A stretch of 64,000 nt of DNA from positions 36,768,001 to 36,832,000 of the forward strand of contig OZ249436.1 in the NCBI GenBank assembly GCA_965235115.1. The letters run 5' to 3'. The stretch comes from Laetmonice hystrix (taxonomy: Eukaryota). Each line of letters opens with the position of its first letter. Position 1 is the first letter of the stretch. The translations under genes were made by a program, and so were the position numbers. This document shows positions 12,704 to 24,674 of the stretch, piece by piece. The notes beneath the pieces were generated by a model that was not told where the DNA came from, made no database searches, and saw nothing but the letters and a program-made list of their open reading frames with translations.

Positions 12704-13386
12704 GTGAAAACAGTCCTTTACAAACGTTTGCACTTTTGGGCCACCGTGGTGAAACTACTGTAATCGTATCGGCCTCGTCGCCAGATGTTTAAAGTATAAC
12801 ATGTGCTTACCAGTGATAGCAAATGCCAGTTTGGCAAAGAACGAGTTATGGAGTAGGCTACCAAGTTGGAAATAGGGTGGGAAGATGTGGTCGTCCATTG
12901 CAGCTGCACAAACACAGATATCTGCCTTGGCTTGCCTTCGCTGCTGCTCAGCGCCATAACTCCTCTGCGTATGACTGGCGGCGACATTGGAACTTTGCGC
13001 CATCCACTATATCAATCGGTCTGCCCAGGGTCCAGGGCTCAGCGTCCGCCAATCAGGAAACTTCATAGAAACGCATGGGTATCTGATTGGTTCCTCAAAA
13101 CAGGTCATTGGTGACGCTGTTCTGTCTTTTTTTGCGCAATCCCCGAGGGTCTCCACACAAAAGCGACACCTTATGTTGCCATGCGATCTCTCTGCTGGGG
13201 ACCAATTGGAAGTCGCCTTTGAAAATGTTTTGTATAATGTTAATTTAGGAGGAGAAATTACTATGTATTTTATAGGCCTATTTCATCATTATAGTAACTG
13301 GCGTTTTCTTTATTCAACAGAGGACATAATTATGTCATAACATATGACAAGAAGCAGGAAATAATATCCATATAATTAAATTCCAG

Positions 13387-13647
13387 ATCCACTCGTCATA
13401 CCAGCTGGGACGTGGGATGATGCCCTCCGATTCTATGGTCAGTTTGAGCAGCCTCGCCCAGACACCACCAGTGAAAAACTTCCCATGTTCGGTGTGCAGC
13501 CTCCAGTGTGCTTCATCTGCAAACCTCAAAGTTCATATGCGAATACACACAGGAGAAAAACCTCACCAGTGTCCAAACTGTACGGCTGCTTTCAACAGGA
13601 AGTGGGTGCTACGGCGGCACCTACGAAACCGGCACAACATAACTTAA
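13387..13647 (+). CDS. C2H2 zinc-finger protein, terminal exon with two fingers
   Basis: FPCSVCSLQCASSANLKVHMRIH-TGEKPH-QCPNCTAAFNRKWVLRRHLRNRH, with the canonical TGEKP linker. In-frame acceptor ttccag ends at 13386 and in-frame stops lie upstream of it. Confidence 0.8.
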   Translation: MHSSYQLGRGMMPSDSMVSLSSLAQTPPVKNFPCSVCSLQCASSANLKVHMRIHTGEKPHQCPNCTAAFNRKWVLRRHLRNRHNIT

Positions 13648-14757
13648 CATCGAGTCGTTATTTACAGAGAGGGGGCGTCATCAACTCCCCCTGTCGCTCA
13701 ACAAGTTTATTTTATTTCTTCTTTTTTCTTTTAATTTTCCAACATATCTTTGGTGGAGTCCATTGCATGGGCTTGCAGTCCACGTTCCGAAGACAGTCCT
13801 CCAATCGGTGGGTTTCACCAAAGTCATCAAATCAGAACTGATGAACACTTCATACACATGAAACCTTTAGGTACATACATTTAGGTACACACATTATTTA
13901 TTTGAAGTTGCCATACATTTACATTTTAGCGTACAGTAATGTTTTGACTTTTTATTTTCTAAATTTACAGCTGTAATTTGAATTTGATTTGAACTTTTAT
14001 TTGAATGTTTGTTTTTGTCAGGGATTTGGTATTGGATTTTCGCTGCATATTTCACCTGACCGTAAGTTGATAACATATATTTTCAACACGTTTTCGCATT
14101 TGGAAAATATCCCCCCCCCCCTCCTTCCCCCACCACGACAGGGCATATCCCGCTTAGGAGCCCTCCTTGTTTTGTGCGACAATCCAGAAACAGGGAGACG
14201 AGCTGGTAAAACATGGGTTACGCTTGTGGTGATGTGGCGTTGGGAGGTTACAAATGATCATGTTTATGGGATAAAATTGCGATTTTATGCCTTAGAACCA
14301 GCAAAAGCCGTGACGAGAAAGTGACTTTTACTAATCAGCGATAGAATCATGTTTATATGTTAAGCATCCGATTCCAAGTTTTTACTCATAATTTACGTTG
14401 TGTTCATTGTCAACATCGTCCTTATTTTTACAGTATGAAAACAGTATATTTCCAAACAGAGGTGCATGTTCAGGATCAGTCATGTAGGAATGTAGACCTG
14501 CAAGGAACGAAGGTATTATGAAAGCAGTCGTTGAATAAAGGTCATACAATTTATAACGGTTCCCCCTCTCACCGTAAAGTGAACATTTTATACACGTGGT
14601 TTCCTACGCAATGACGATTGTACTGTATGGCAAGCTGTTTGGTCCATTTGTATCCAATTCAGTGTTTCAAATACACAGATGTACTTGTTGCTTGAATATA
14701 CTCCCAGATCTATGCACAATTATGCACAATAATAACAGACCCTGAGGTTGTTCCAAA

Positions 14758-14940
14758 TGGTATCAGGGCAATCCGCCCCTGGACATTTGCCCCCCGGACA
14801 TCTGCCCCCGGACTTCTGCCCCCTAGGACATCTGCCCCAGACATTCGCCCCCGGACATTAGCCCCCGTAGGACTTTTGCCCCCTAGGACATCTGCTTCCT
14901 CCCAGACATTAACCCCCGTAGGACTTTTGCCCCCGATATC
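14758..14940. repeat. Degenerate tandem array of ~15-18 bp units (ggacatctgccccc)
   Basis: About ten ggac(a/t)t.tgcccc units are visible; probably the subterminal array of a DNA transposon. Confidence 0.7.
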
Positions 14941-17284
14941 AGAGGCAGATATTAGTAAATTGCGATGTTGACAAAAGAAAAGACACAGCGTGTCTTTGAA
15001 TGGGGGGGGGGGGGGGGGGGGCGGCTCCTGCAACGAGAAAAAGTGGCATTTTGTAAACTTGCCCATACGATATCTCTACTGCAGTGTATTTTCGGCCACG
15101 AGTACACCAACACATACGCACATTCAGTCTAATCTTTGTTAAATGAGAAAGAGGATTTTAATTTGGACGGAAACCACTTTTTTGTCGTTATCAGTACCAC
15201 AATAGTCTCCGGCGTCCATTCATTAGCCACAAAGGCTTCAGTTATTTGGTGGAAATGTCACCGAATAATGACCGTGGGAAAGAATCCGTCTGAAAAATCT
15301 GTGTCCCTCTGAAAGGAATATTTGAGCAGTCTTCTCCCGAGTATCACTTTGGCTGCGTTCATGGTATCGGGTTTCCCATAGTATCGCAACTCGGTCATTG
15401 TTGCGTGGTTTACTCGGCTACAGAAACGTAATTTATGTCATTTAATGTTTTTTTTCTCAAGCAGCACTGCCTATATACTATAAAGGTAGTACGCAGCAAT
15501 AGTACTGAAATGTCACGTGCAGAATATTCGACGCTACTTTCATCTAATGGAATTTTTAATTCAATTGTTTCTCGAATTGAAGAAGAACATTAATATTGAG
15601 GTAAATTTAATTGAGCCTTGAGCTAAATATAATGAATTTCCTGTAAAAAAAAGCTGGTTTCTCAGTTTAGGGCACTTAATTGTATTGGGAGAAAAATTGA
15701 GTGACTTGGGGCTCTGTCCTAACAGTTGTTTTTTTTTTTGGGGGGGGGGGGGGGGGTATTGATCAAAATATTCGCGAAGGGAGCTTAATAGCTGAGGGCT
15801 GAAAAGGATTGATTTCCGTTGATTTTTAATAAATATTATGTTAAACAATAGAAACAATTTAAAAAAAAGTCCCTACTGCTCACGATGGTTTAAAACCATT
15901 GATATAATCCTGTACGAATGTCTTAACATCCCATGAAGGTCGCCTGCTATTTTTTCTTTCTGATAATGCAGTTATGAATGTCCTGGGTTATTTTTTACTA
16001 AGAAACATTTCAGTTTGGGCCCGGAAACATTATTTAAAGTCCTTCAATAATTCTTATTTTTATATAAAGCATCACCGCAGAGTTGCACGTCCCTGAGAGA
16101 AAAGAAATCTACAATGCATTTATCTCTCCAGCACCCCGAGTTAAGTTGAACTTTTATTGAGTAACATACAATGCGAAGTAATAGCTTCGCATTAAGTACG
16201 AGGTCTTCCTAACTTTTTAATATTTAAACGTTATTCAACTTTATCTTGAGATGAAAATATCCTGAAGAGGTTGTCCATTCAGCAGGGTTGACTAGGAACG
16301 ACCTACAACATGCCCCTAACGTGAGCTTTTTCAATAGACCGTTTTTCAGTATGGCCACCGAGCGCCCGGTCGCCATTCTCACACGTTCTCGCTCGTTCGG
16401 GGAACGCACTCTCTCAGATTACATATCACTCACGGCCCAAATAGGAACATGCGCGCCACCTCACTCGTTAGCTTACTACATCAGTGACATAAGTAGACCT
16501 AGGCCTATCGAAGAGGGAGGAAGAAATAGGCCTCGTTCGGCAAGCGGTGCCTGGTCCCCTGCGGCTTACCCAGGCTCCCGTGCAGGATCTGTGAGCGTTC
16601 ATTTCAGCAAATGGGCGCGAATGTGAGCGTGCCCGGTCGCATGGTGGCGCTCTTGTGCCTTGGACATGTTAACTGGTTGGCTCTGAGACAGTTCAACAAC
16701 ATTCATGTTACTGAGACGTCCCCAGGATCACGACGGCATTCCATTATCGCCCCTCTCCTCCCTAAATGTAACAAAACCCGTGAACTGATCCAGTGCGCAA
16801 AGCAGTCCTTTGACCAGTTCTGTTAGTTCCTTTGGCTGATCTAGTAAAGTTCTGTTAGACCTAATGGAATCATGGCACTTATTTCATATAGATTTTACAA
16901 ATTGGCGAAAATACTGCTTGTATATAGTCTGATAATTATGTTCCATCGCACTGCCTACTTGCCTGATTGGATTTCGTGACTATTTTTTAAAAATATTTAA
17001 AAACCAGCAAGTTTTGGCCGGGCGACTTTACACCCTTTTCACAGAACGCGAGACTATAGCCGCAATCACGTGATCATCTCACCCGTTGCAACGCTATGCC
17101 TACAGGCAAAGAGTGTCCTACACTTGTTGCTGCAGGTCAGACATTCCCGATGGCGGAAGGCAGCGTTGGTTTTGAGTGTTCTCGACACGAAATGTGAAAT
17201 GTGAAGGTGACAGTGCATTTCGCTGCTGTCTGTTTACAATACATAAAGTATATTAATCCTAGGACGTATCCTCGGGACAGAAGG

Positions 17285-17547
17285 CAGAGGCGGATCCAGA
17301 GGGGGGCACAGAGGGCACGTGCCCCCCTTAGCTTCACTAATTATAGGAATACACGGCTATAGCCTACTCATTTTTAAATAATTTTAACACTGACGGTGTA
17401 TCTCAGGGAAACCCCGAGCTATTGTACAAGCCTATACCTCTAAAACTCTCATTCAAGAGCATGAGCTTTAATTAGTAATGCAAACAATCAATCATGAATT
17501 GCTTTTCTGTGCCCCCCCCCCTTAGTGAAATCCTGGATCCGCCAGTG
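17285..17547. mobile_element. hAT-like MITE with 5-bp TSD
   Basis: gaagg|cagaggcggatccag ... ctggatccgccagtg|gaagg. Confidence 0.8.
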
Positions 17548-17983
17548 GAAGGTGCATACATTTTGACGAGGTAAGCGTGAAACCAGGCCGAAATGGCTTC
17601 CCGAAACGCTCAACCAGGGTGCCGTGATTCCTTTAACTGGTGGTATTATTTTAAATTGGGTACACTAATGAACGGATACATAGTAATCTACAGCTGCCTG
17701 TATCCGGAAAATGTTTGACCTTCAGCGAAAGTCAAGTTATGCTTTTTGCTAGTCCCAACGATAATTATCTTTTATGAAAAAAGTAAAATTTATAAGCTCA
17801 GAGGGCTGGGTGTAAATATAAAGTAGGCCTACACTGTATCTTACAATAGTCATGTCACTTTGTACATCATTATCTCTGTCTGTACACATTTCAATATAAT
17901 AAAGAAAGATGTATGTATTTTACCCGTCCGCGCCACAGTAGATCTACCAAATGCAATAATTATAGAATGGTCACAAAGGGAAA

Positions 17984-18025
17984 TACCTTGTTCTCGCCCT
18001 GATATAGCTGAAATACTGCTGACTG
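17984..18025 (+). mobile_element. SINE 3' fragment
   Basis: taccttgttctcgccctgatatagctgaaatactgctgactgg is nearly identical to ~36704-36746 in the full SINE. Confidence 0.7.
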
Positions 18026-19135
18026 GAAAGCTTCTCAAAGCTCGACCCGTCGTTATGCACGGCGGCCATACTGGAAAATAGTCTATTGCCGTTGGCTTTG
18101 TCACTGTAAGTTGGCTGTCATTTCACCATGAACATATTTCTGTTTCCTTACTGAATCAGCCTCTTGTTCAGCATGATAAAGAACTGTGGTCTTGATGGAT
18201 GACGTGACACGTGTTTTTCAACTTGTCGTACGTGGCATCTATGCTTAAGTTCCCCGCAGTAAATTCCCATAAAGATTATGGAACTTTAGGTACATACGAT
18301 TTTTATCAGATAATTACTTTTTTTTACTTTTCCTACAATAAAAAGTTTATCGGGGCGACCTTCACTGGCCGATGCATCCTCTCAGATTAAGTCATTTTCT
18401 TCCCTACCCTCGTCGGTTGAAAAACAAATCGACATTGACAGACGTACAAGATTTTGGATTCCCACGATGGCCAACTGTAATGGACTCAGATTCTGCGCCT
18501 TTTCCTTGACAAACAAACTATTTTTTCCCTTCCAAACCAAACAGGAAGCTGTTCCCTTGCAGGATTCGATTTCTTTTAAATGTATGATTGGTGAAAATGT
18601 TTTTCTGCACCATCTGCTGAACAAAGCTTTTCGACCCCCCCCCCCCGTATCCAATAGAATGTCCAGATCTTTGATAAAGGCCTATAGACCTAGATATATC
18701 ATGATGTACGAGCGTTAATATAAATACTGCAGATATTGCTCTATGAGTCCATACTTAAATATTATTGCCCAAAGCTGTTTTAGAATCTACCGAAGGTCGG
18801 AGTTGCCACAATACCTATTGCCACATCACGTTTTTGCCTTAATTTTAAATTAATATCTGTATATTCTTATTGAGATCTGCGCCTTGAGATCTTGGTTTAG
18901 GCGAAGCAAACTATTTTGAGGTTGACGGGAAATGTTCGGGAGTGGTCCGGTAGTACTTCCATTGCTGCTACTAGAGAGAATAGCCTATTTTTGGCAACGT
19001 CTAAACCGTCTTGTGCACAGACCAGTCACATACGCCTACCTCGCCGGTGACGAAATGCTGTACAGTGTACGAATGTCGACGGTCGAGTATGTGAAGAAAC
19101 TATAGGCGTATCATGTCAGCTGAACCGACCTTCCA

Positions 19136-19180
19136 ATGATGTTTCTTAGCGTAATCATCATTCTATGGATGTGCTTCCCG
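19136..19180 (+). CDS. ZP-domain protein, exon 1 (signal peptide)
   Basis: MMFLSVIIILWMCFP followed by donor ccg|gtatgt, phase 0; compatible with the next exon. Confidence 0.65.
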
Positions 19181-19627
19181 GTATGTCAAATTTTCATGTT
19201 AAACATCCCCGTGTAAAGATCGGTGATATAGGAGATGTAACATGTTGTTATCTTTGTGGGGACAACATAACATCCTCGGAATGTTTTCGTTTTATGTTAA
19301 AGTTTGGAGTTTTTGAGCGTATTTAACGACGGTGGATATCGTAACCAACAAGGTGAATGTCAACGTATGACCGCTCAAATCCAAATTAACGCACTGTACG
19401 GGACAATGACAACTATGAGATCGAAGCCGAAGGACAGTCCAACGCCCGGTTGGGTGGGTGCATGGGTGAATGAGTCCGAGGGAGTTGCCAAACCTCTCTG
19501 TTATAAACCAACATTCAACTGGACAGTCAAGGGCAACCAGGCAACAACTGGAAGGGATAGATCGAGGGATGAGATCCCCCCAATCCATCAAATGTATCGG
19601 TCGAAATGGCTGACCAGTTTAGGCTAA

Positions 19628-19844
19628 GGGGCGGACCATTTGATACGTGGTGGTGTGTTCGCCAAACACAGGGGGAAAAATAGTCTGGTCATCAAACTAC
19701 ATAAAAAATAGTTTGTTCTATTTGTCGAAGTAAGAAAAAAAAGTTTGATTAATGGTCATAGCGAAAAAAAGGATAGCTTTGGCTTGAGGGCCAAAAAAAA
19801 ATTGTGAAGGAAAAACATAGCCTCTTCTGGTATCAAATGGTCCG
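19628..19844. mobile_element. MITE (ggggcggaccatttgatac TIR) in ZP intron 1; right end abuts a second small caggcc..gcctg element (19848-20010)
   Basis: ggggcggaccatttgatac ... gtatcaaatggtccg. A related copy lies at 35669-35793. Confidence 0.65.
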
Positions 19845-20332
19845 GACCAGGCCGATGGCTAGGACTTTGGATTGAAGGGGGGGGGGGGGGGGGCACTTAT
19901 CTACTGGAGGAGGCTGAAATTACCTACTCTTGTAAAATATTATATCGATCAATTTTTTTCCGAAGGTGGCCTTTAAAGCATTTCTAGAGGCAGCTTAGCC
20001 ACGAGCCTGTGGGTAACCCATGCCTCTATCGCTGTTACAGTGCCTCCTTCCCCGAGAATACATTGAAGGCTTGAGGCGTCGACTCCGCAGCGGCGAGATG
20101 GACTTTATAAAATGTGGGAGTGAGAGAGAGTATAGGTCTTTGTCATTTCATGAGCCTTATCCGCAAGGGTATTAATTGTCCAAGGATAAGTAGGCCTAAG
20201 TTGGGGTATAATTATCCTGAAGGGAGGGGTGGGTCGTGGGAAGGGGGTTGCTGTATGCGGATGGGGGATTTCACCCCTATCTGTTCTGGATCCACACCAT
20301 GATAAATGTCTTCTCACTTTGTAATTTTGTAG

Positions 20333-20408
20333 TTGATAACATCACAGATCAGCGGGCCAAGGGATCCCATCTATGACCTCGTCGATCCTTTCAGCCTGGA
20401 TAACAAAT
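20333..20408 (+). CDS. ZP-domain protein, exon 2
   Basis: ttttgtag|LITSQISGPRDPIYDLVDPFSLDNK|gtacgt; phase 0 to 1. Confidence 0.7.
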
Positions 20409-20653
20409 GTACGTATTACCATATAGAACGGGCTTGCTGTCATCTGCTAATTCACCTAATGCCTACAGGTATTTTGTAGATGGAAAACATAATAATCCCT
20501 CACAAGTTTGCATATATTTTCTTCAATTGAAGACTTACTAACCCCAAACTGCATGGGTCTCAATATTCTATTTTAGACAGGCAGGTTTTCCCACTTGCAA
20601 GCAATGTTTATCCATTGCAATCTCCCCTCTTCCCTCCCATTTTCTCTGTGCAG

Positions 20654-20820
20654 TCCATGTGGATTGTGGTCGCACAGACAACAAGAGAATGGCGATCGTT
20701 TTTCGAGGAGACGCATGGCTGGTTTATTCTCCCATCTGGACCCACTGCGTCGCTGTGGAGGTGGAACCCGGCAACTTCCTGATCGAAGACGCCTTCGCAA
20801 ACCCCCGCTGCCCGCCCGTG
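20654..20820 (+). CDS. ZP-domain protein, exon 3 (ZP-N, first half)
   Basis: tgtgcag|HVDCGRTDNKRMAIVFRGDAWLVYSPIWTHCVAVEVEPGNFLIEDAFANPRCPPV|gtgagt; phase 1 to 0; contains three of the four ZP-N cysteines. Confidence 0.85.
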
Positions 20821-22044
20821 GTGAGTCAATGTGACCGGTATTGACCCTCTGAACGTGTGGGAATAGAAGGGGACGGCACAGAAACTGCCAAACAAACTCA
20901 AATGAACCTCGTGACAGTAATACCAAGTGTATGCCATGTTTGGCGGGGTCCGTGTAGGGCCTATAGAATTTTGGCCGAAGCAGTGATTCAGGCAAGTCAC
21001 CTATGTGGCCCAACCCATGGTTTGAGCATAGCCCTGTCCATGGTTTGAGCAAATAGGGAAGTGATTTCAAGGAATAGCCCCGAATATTTTTGGTTAGAAA
21101 CTAAACTGTTTCAGAAGGCGCAGGTTCGGCCTTGCTTTGAGAAAATGGATCCAGTGTAACAGAAGTTGTGATGAAAAAGGTACGGTACCGAAAGATAAAC
21201 TAACTTCATAGGTTGCTGGTAGTCGCCATTTTCTCCGGATAAAGATAGATTCAGGATGTACACACCTCAGCAAGTACACACTTTTTTGTCATAATTTTTC
21301 ACGAGTTTACTTTCCGTGGCAGCCGACCGTAAATGATACGGTTAGGTCTACTGGATAGAACTGATACTAGGCCTATTATAGTCATCAGGATTGCAGTTTA
21401 AATCGTTGAGTATTCAAACGTTGATGCCTTCCCTGAAACACTATCTCTGGAGTAGCATCCATTGAACATGGATCTTCTCAGGTGATCTTATTGAATTGCA
21501 TCTTCTTACAGGTTACCATCTAGGTTTAGGAGATCATTTTCAGATACCAAGTCCTGGTTTGGTATTTCGAATCCGCTGTTGCGGTAATTACTGTTCTCAG
21601 TATTTCATTTTTAGTTGCTGGAAAAGATTTGTAGGGAAAGTTTTCAAAAGGGAACAGCATGTAAGCGTCGTGTAAAAGTTTGAATGTTAAATTAGGAAGA
21701 CTTCCGTCAAACGAAGCTCCGGTTTTCAGACGTCTGACTTTATGGTCTATAACATAAAAGTCGGATTTCAGCCATTGATGGCGAAACGACATCTCAGAGA
21801 CAGTCGACGTATTGTAGAGAGAGAGAGAGACGTTGCATGAATGTAGAATAAGGCGATCACTACCTATCTATAATTTTTAGTCTGTCTAGTTTAGCCGTAT
21901 AGTCTAATGTTATTCATTAGCTAGACGCGGATGATAATCAGCTTACATAATTACTTTATGTACACAGTTATATTATCATACACAACAGAGATTTTCTATT
22001 TTATTGGGAATGTGTTACAACCTCGCTTTGCCTCTTGTTGTCAG

Positions 22045-22190
22045 AAAGATGAAAGTGAGGACATCTACATGCTAGAACTGGTCGCTCAGGAAGGGTCCAT
22101 CCGTACCGACACAGACATAACTCAAGTCATCTTCTGTAGCTACGCCAAGCACGGACGCCATGCCACCATTGATCTGAAGTCGATGGACAG
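22045..22190 (+). CDS. ZP-domain protein, exon 4 (ZP-N, second half)
   Basis: ttgtcag|KDESEDIYMLELVAQEGSIRTDTDITQVIFCSYAKHGRHATIDLKSMD|gtaggg; ZP-N Y..LV.Q....T..D......C.Y pattern; phase 0 to 2. Confidence 0.85.
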
Positions 22191-23376
22191 GTAGGGGAAC
22201 GTAGATTAAATCACACAGCTCTATGTACTGGACACGTCTTTCATTCTTATTATCACGGATCTAATTTTATGAAACAGACTTCGGGGAAAAAGTAATTGGA
22301 GAAAAAATGACTCGGTTGAACGGATCATGGTCGAATCGTGCCGTAGTCTTGAATCAACATACATCATTGTTAAAACTGGCAGCTAGTCTCGTGACAGTAC
22401 TCTTGTGCATTCAGTCTAGGATTTAGATTTTCATTGGTTTGACTAGTTCGCTGAGGCTGAATGATTGCTTTTAATAGGACAAGTTCTATGTCTGTAAATT
22501 GGATTCAGACATCTAGATCTTCATCCTGACTAAATTTGCAAAAAGCATGAGATATTTAGAGAGACACTCGTATTTCCAGGCTGGACTTGCATTATTTTTT
22601 TACTTCTACCTAACTGTATATGCCTAATCGTATTATAAATCAACCGTTTTTGAGAACATTGAAATAATTGCTGATAAAAAAGAGTGTCACTGAATGCATT
22701 TTGTCCATGGACCAAAGACCCTTTTTGTGAACATTTTTATTCAGGAAGTTTTACAACACAGGCCAACACGTGTATTTCCTACTTAAAACTCCAGGAATGG
22801 CATTTAAAAGGCAAACATGTCTTGTAATAATCATTGTAATAACCTTTCGTTTTAGTATGTAGTTGTGAAAAGCGGATTGTGTTGTGAACATTAAGTATTG
22901 TTCATGGTGACCAATAACCGAACTGCAGGAAATGGAAAAAAGGAAAATCCAAAGAAGGTTAAAATTCCATTAATTCCAATTTAATTGGATAATTATAATT
23001 ACAGCGGGAAACCACAAATTTGCCCGATTAGTGGAAGGGCTGGGGACCACTCTGTAAAAGGCCTTGAACACTTGTTGAAGGCCACCTGTCAGAAACCATC
23101 TGCTTATTATAACGTACACTCTCCCTTCTTTTTATGAGCTGCATGTTTTTTTCATGCAGTTCATCTTCTAGTCAATCATTGTTATTCGTTTGAGTGAACA
23201 TGCCACACCGCACTGGCATTCTAGATATGAACGCGGTAGTGGCCAATTCTCATTGACTCATTTCAATCAAGAATGGTCAAGTTTGACAGCAATTTTCTTT
23301 TTTTTTGCTAGATTTGGTTAAAGGGAAGGACAACACCCACGGCAAATAAGGTTTCGTAGACCAAATGAAACCCCAG

Positions 23377-23542
23377 GCCCCAGTTTCAAGAAAGTGGTTA
23401 AGTCAACCAAGTTGGTTAAAATCGTGGTTAACTCTGACTTTAACCAAGATTGGTTAATTTCCTGTTTCCTGATTGGTTAATCTCTGGGTCAAATTCATTT
23501 TAACCAACTTAGTTAACTTAACCACTTTCTTGAAACCGGGGC
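23377..23542. mobile_element. Palindromic MITE with CAG TSD
   Basis: cag|gccccagtttcaagaaagtggttaagt ... acttaaccactttcttgaaaccggggc|cag. Confidence 0.85.
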
Positions 23543-23553
23543 CAGAAATCTAA

Positions 23554-23760
23554 AGTCACAGCACAGCGATGATACGGTCAATAGCGAGTCACAGGACAAC
23601 GATGATACAGTCAATAGCGAGTCACAGGACAACGATGGTAGGCCTACAGTCAATAGCGAGTCACAGGACAACGATGATACAGTCAATAGCGAGTCACAGG
23701 ACAACGATGATACAGTCAATAGCGAGTCACAGGACAACGATGATACAGTTAATAGCGAGT
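23554..23760. repeat. Minisatellite, 33-bp unit, ~6 copies
   Basis: Unit agtcaatagcgagtcacaggacaacgatgatac; one unit carries a 6-bp ggccta insertion. Confidence 0.9.
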
Positions 23761-24229
23761 GTGCCCTCCATTGGTACCAATAATGTCAGCCGCGGCATTG
23801 TGCAGACATGTGTGAAAGATTTCATTTTGTGATTCTTTTATAGTCCTGCAGGACCACACAATTGTTAGGATTGGTCAAAGGTGTTGTCGGCTCACTTGAG
23901 GAGTGAGCACTGCTCCACTTGGGACAAAATCATGGTTCTCTTCTGTTGTAAGTCAGTGAAGCGGAACGGGAGAAATTACCATTCCATTTCTCAAACCTTT
24001 GCCTCGGTGAACAAGTAAACACATTATTATTAGCAAATGTGAATCTGAAAAATATGAGTGGTGCTTTTTTAAACAGGGTTCCCACGAGTTGACTAAATTG
24101 AAATTTCTGTTTCCTGACCAAAACTCCAAAAATTCATGACCAATTCCGGATACAATTAATAAAATACACTCAAATCCCAGAATCTTTCGCCGGTAAGTCG
24201 TGCAACTTTACAATTTAGGTCTACCAGAA

Positions 24230-24352
24230 CAGGTGTGGTCCACTCCGACCAGTTTATCAAATCAGGTGTGGTCCACTCCGACCAGTTTATCAAATCAGGT
24301 GTGGTCCACTCCGACCAGTTTATCAAATCAGGTGCGGTCCACTCCGACCAGT
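24230..24352. repeat. Minisatellite, 33-bp unit, ~3.7 copies
   Basis: Unit caggtgtggtccactccgaccagtttatcaaat. Confidence 0.9.
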
Positions 24353-24525
24353 GATTCAAGAGAAATCTCAAACGCCAGGACGTTTTCATAACGTTCCCTC
24401 GGTTTTCTATTTTCCATGACTTTTCATGACCGTGGGAACCCCATTAAATTCCATGAGTAGCCTATTACTTGCTCCTTCCGAAAATATATCCACAATTTCC
24501 AAAAAAATATCTTCTTCCTCTTCAG

Positions 24526-24674
24526 CCCCCTCCTACGTGTGCCAGCTGGGGGACAAGCGACAGACAAGACGGTACAGAGTAAAGTCGTGCTCGGGGTATA
24601 TGACAGTCATCACAATGAAGTCGATGTCGTGTTAATCGGCAATTTCATACAACTAAGGATGTACATGACTGCCG
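24526..24674 (+). CDS. ZP-domain protein, exon 5 (linker and start of ZP-C)
   Basis: ctcttcag|PLLRVPAGGQATDKTVQSKVVLGVYDSHHNEVDVVLIGNFIQLRMYMTA|gtaggt; phase 2 to 1. Confidence 0.8.

Noticed and set aside
15001..15022. Frequent poly-G/poly-C runs across the window as functional G-quadruplex elements
   Set aside because: Many lie inside MITE remnants and no positional pattern supports a function; treated as a genome-wide compositional trait.
20573..21070. 165-aa and 130-aa minus-strand ORFs
   Set aside because: Antisense to ZP exon 3; no motifs.
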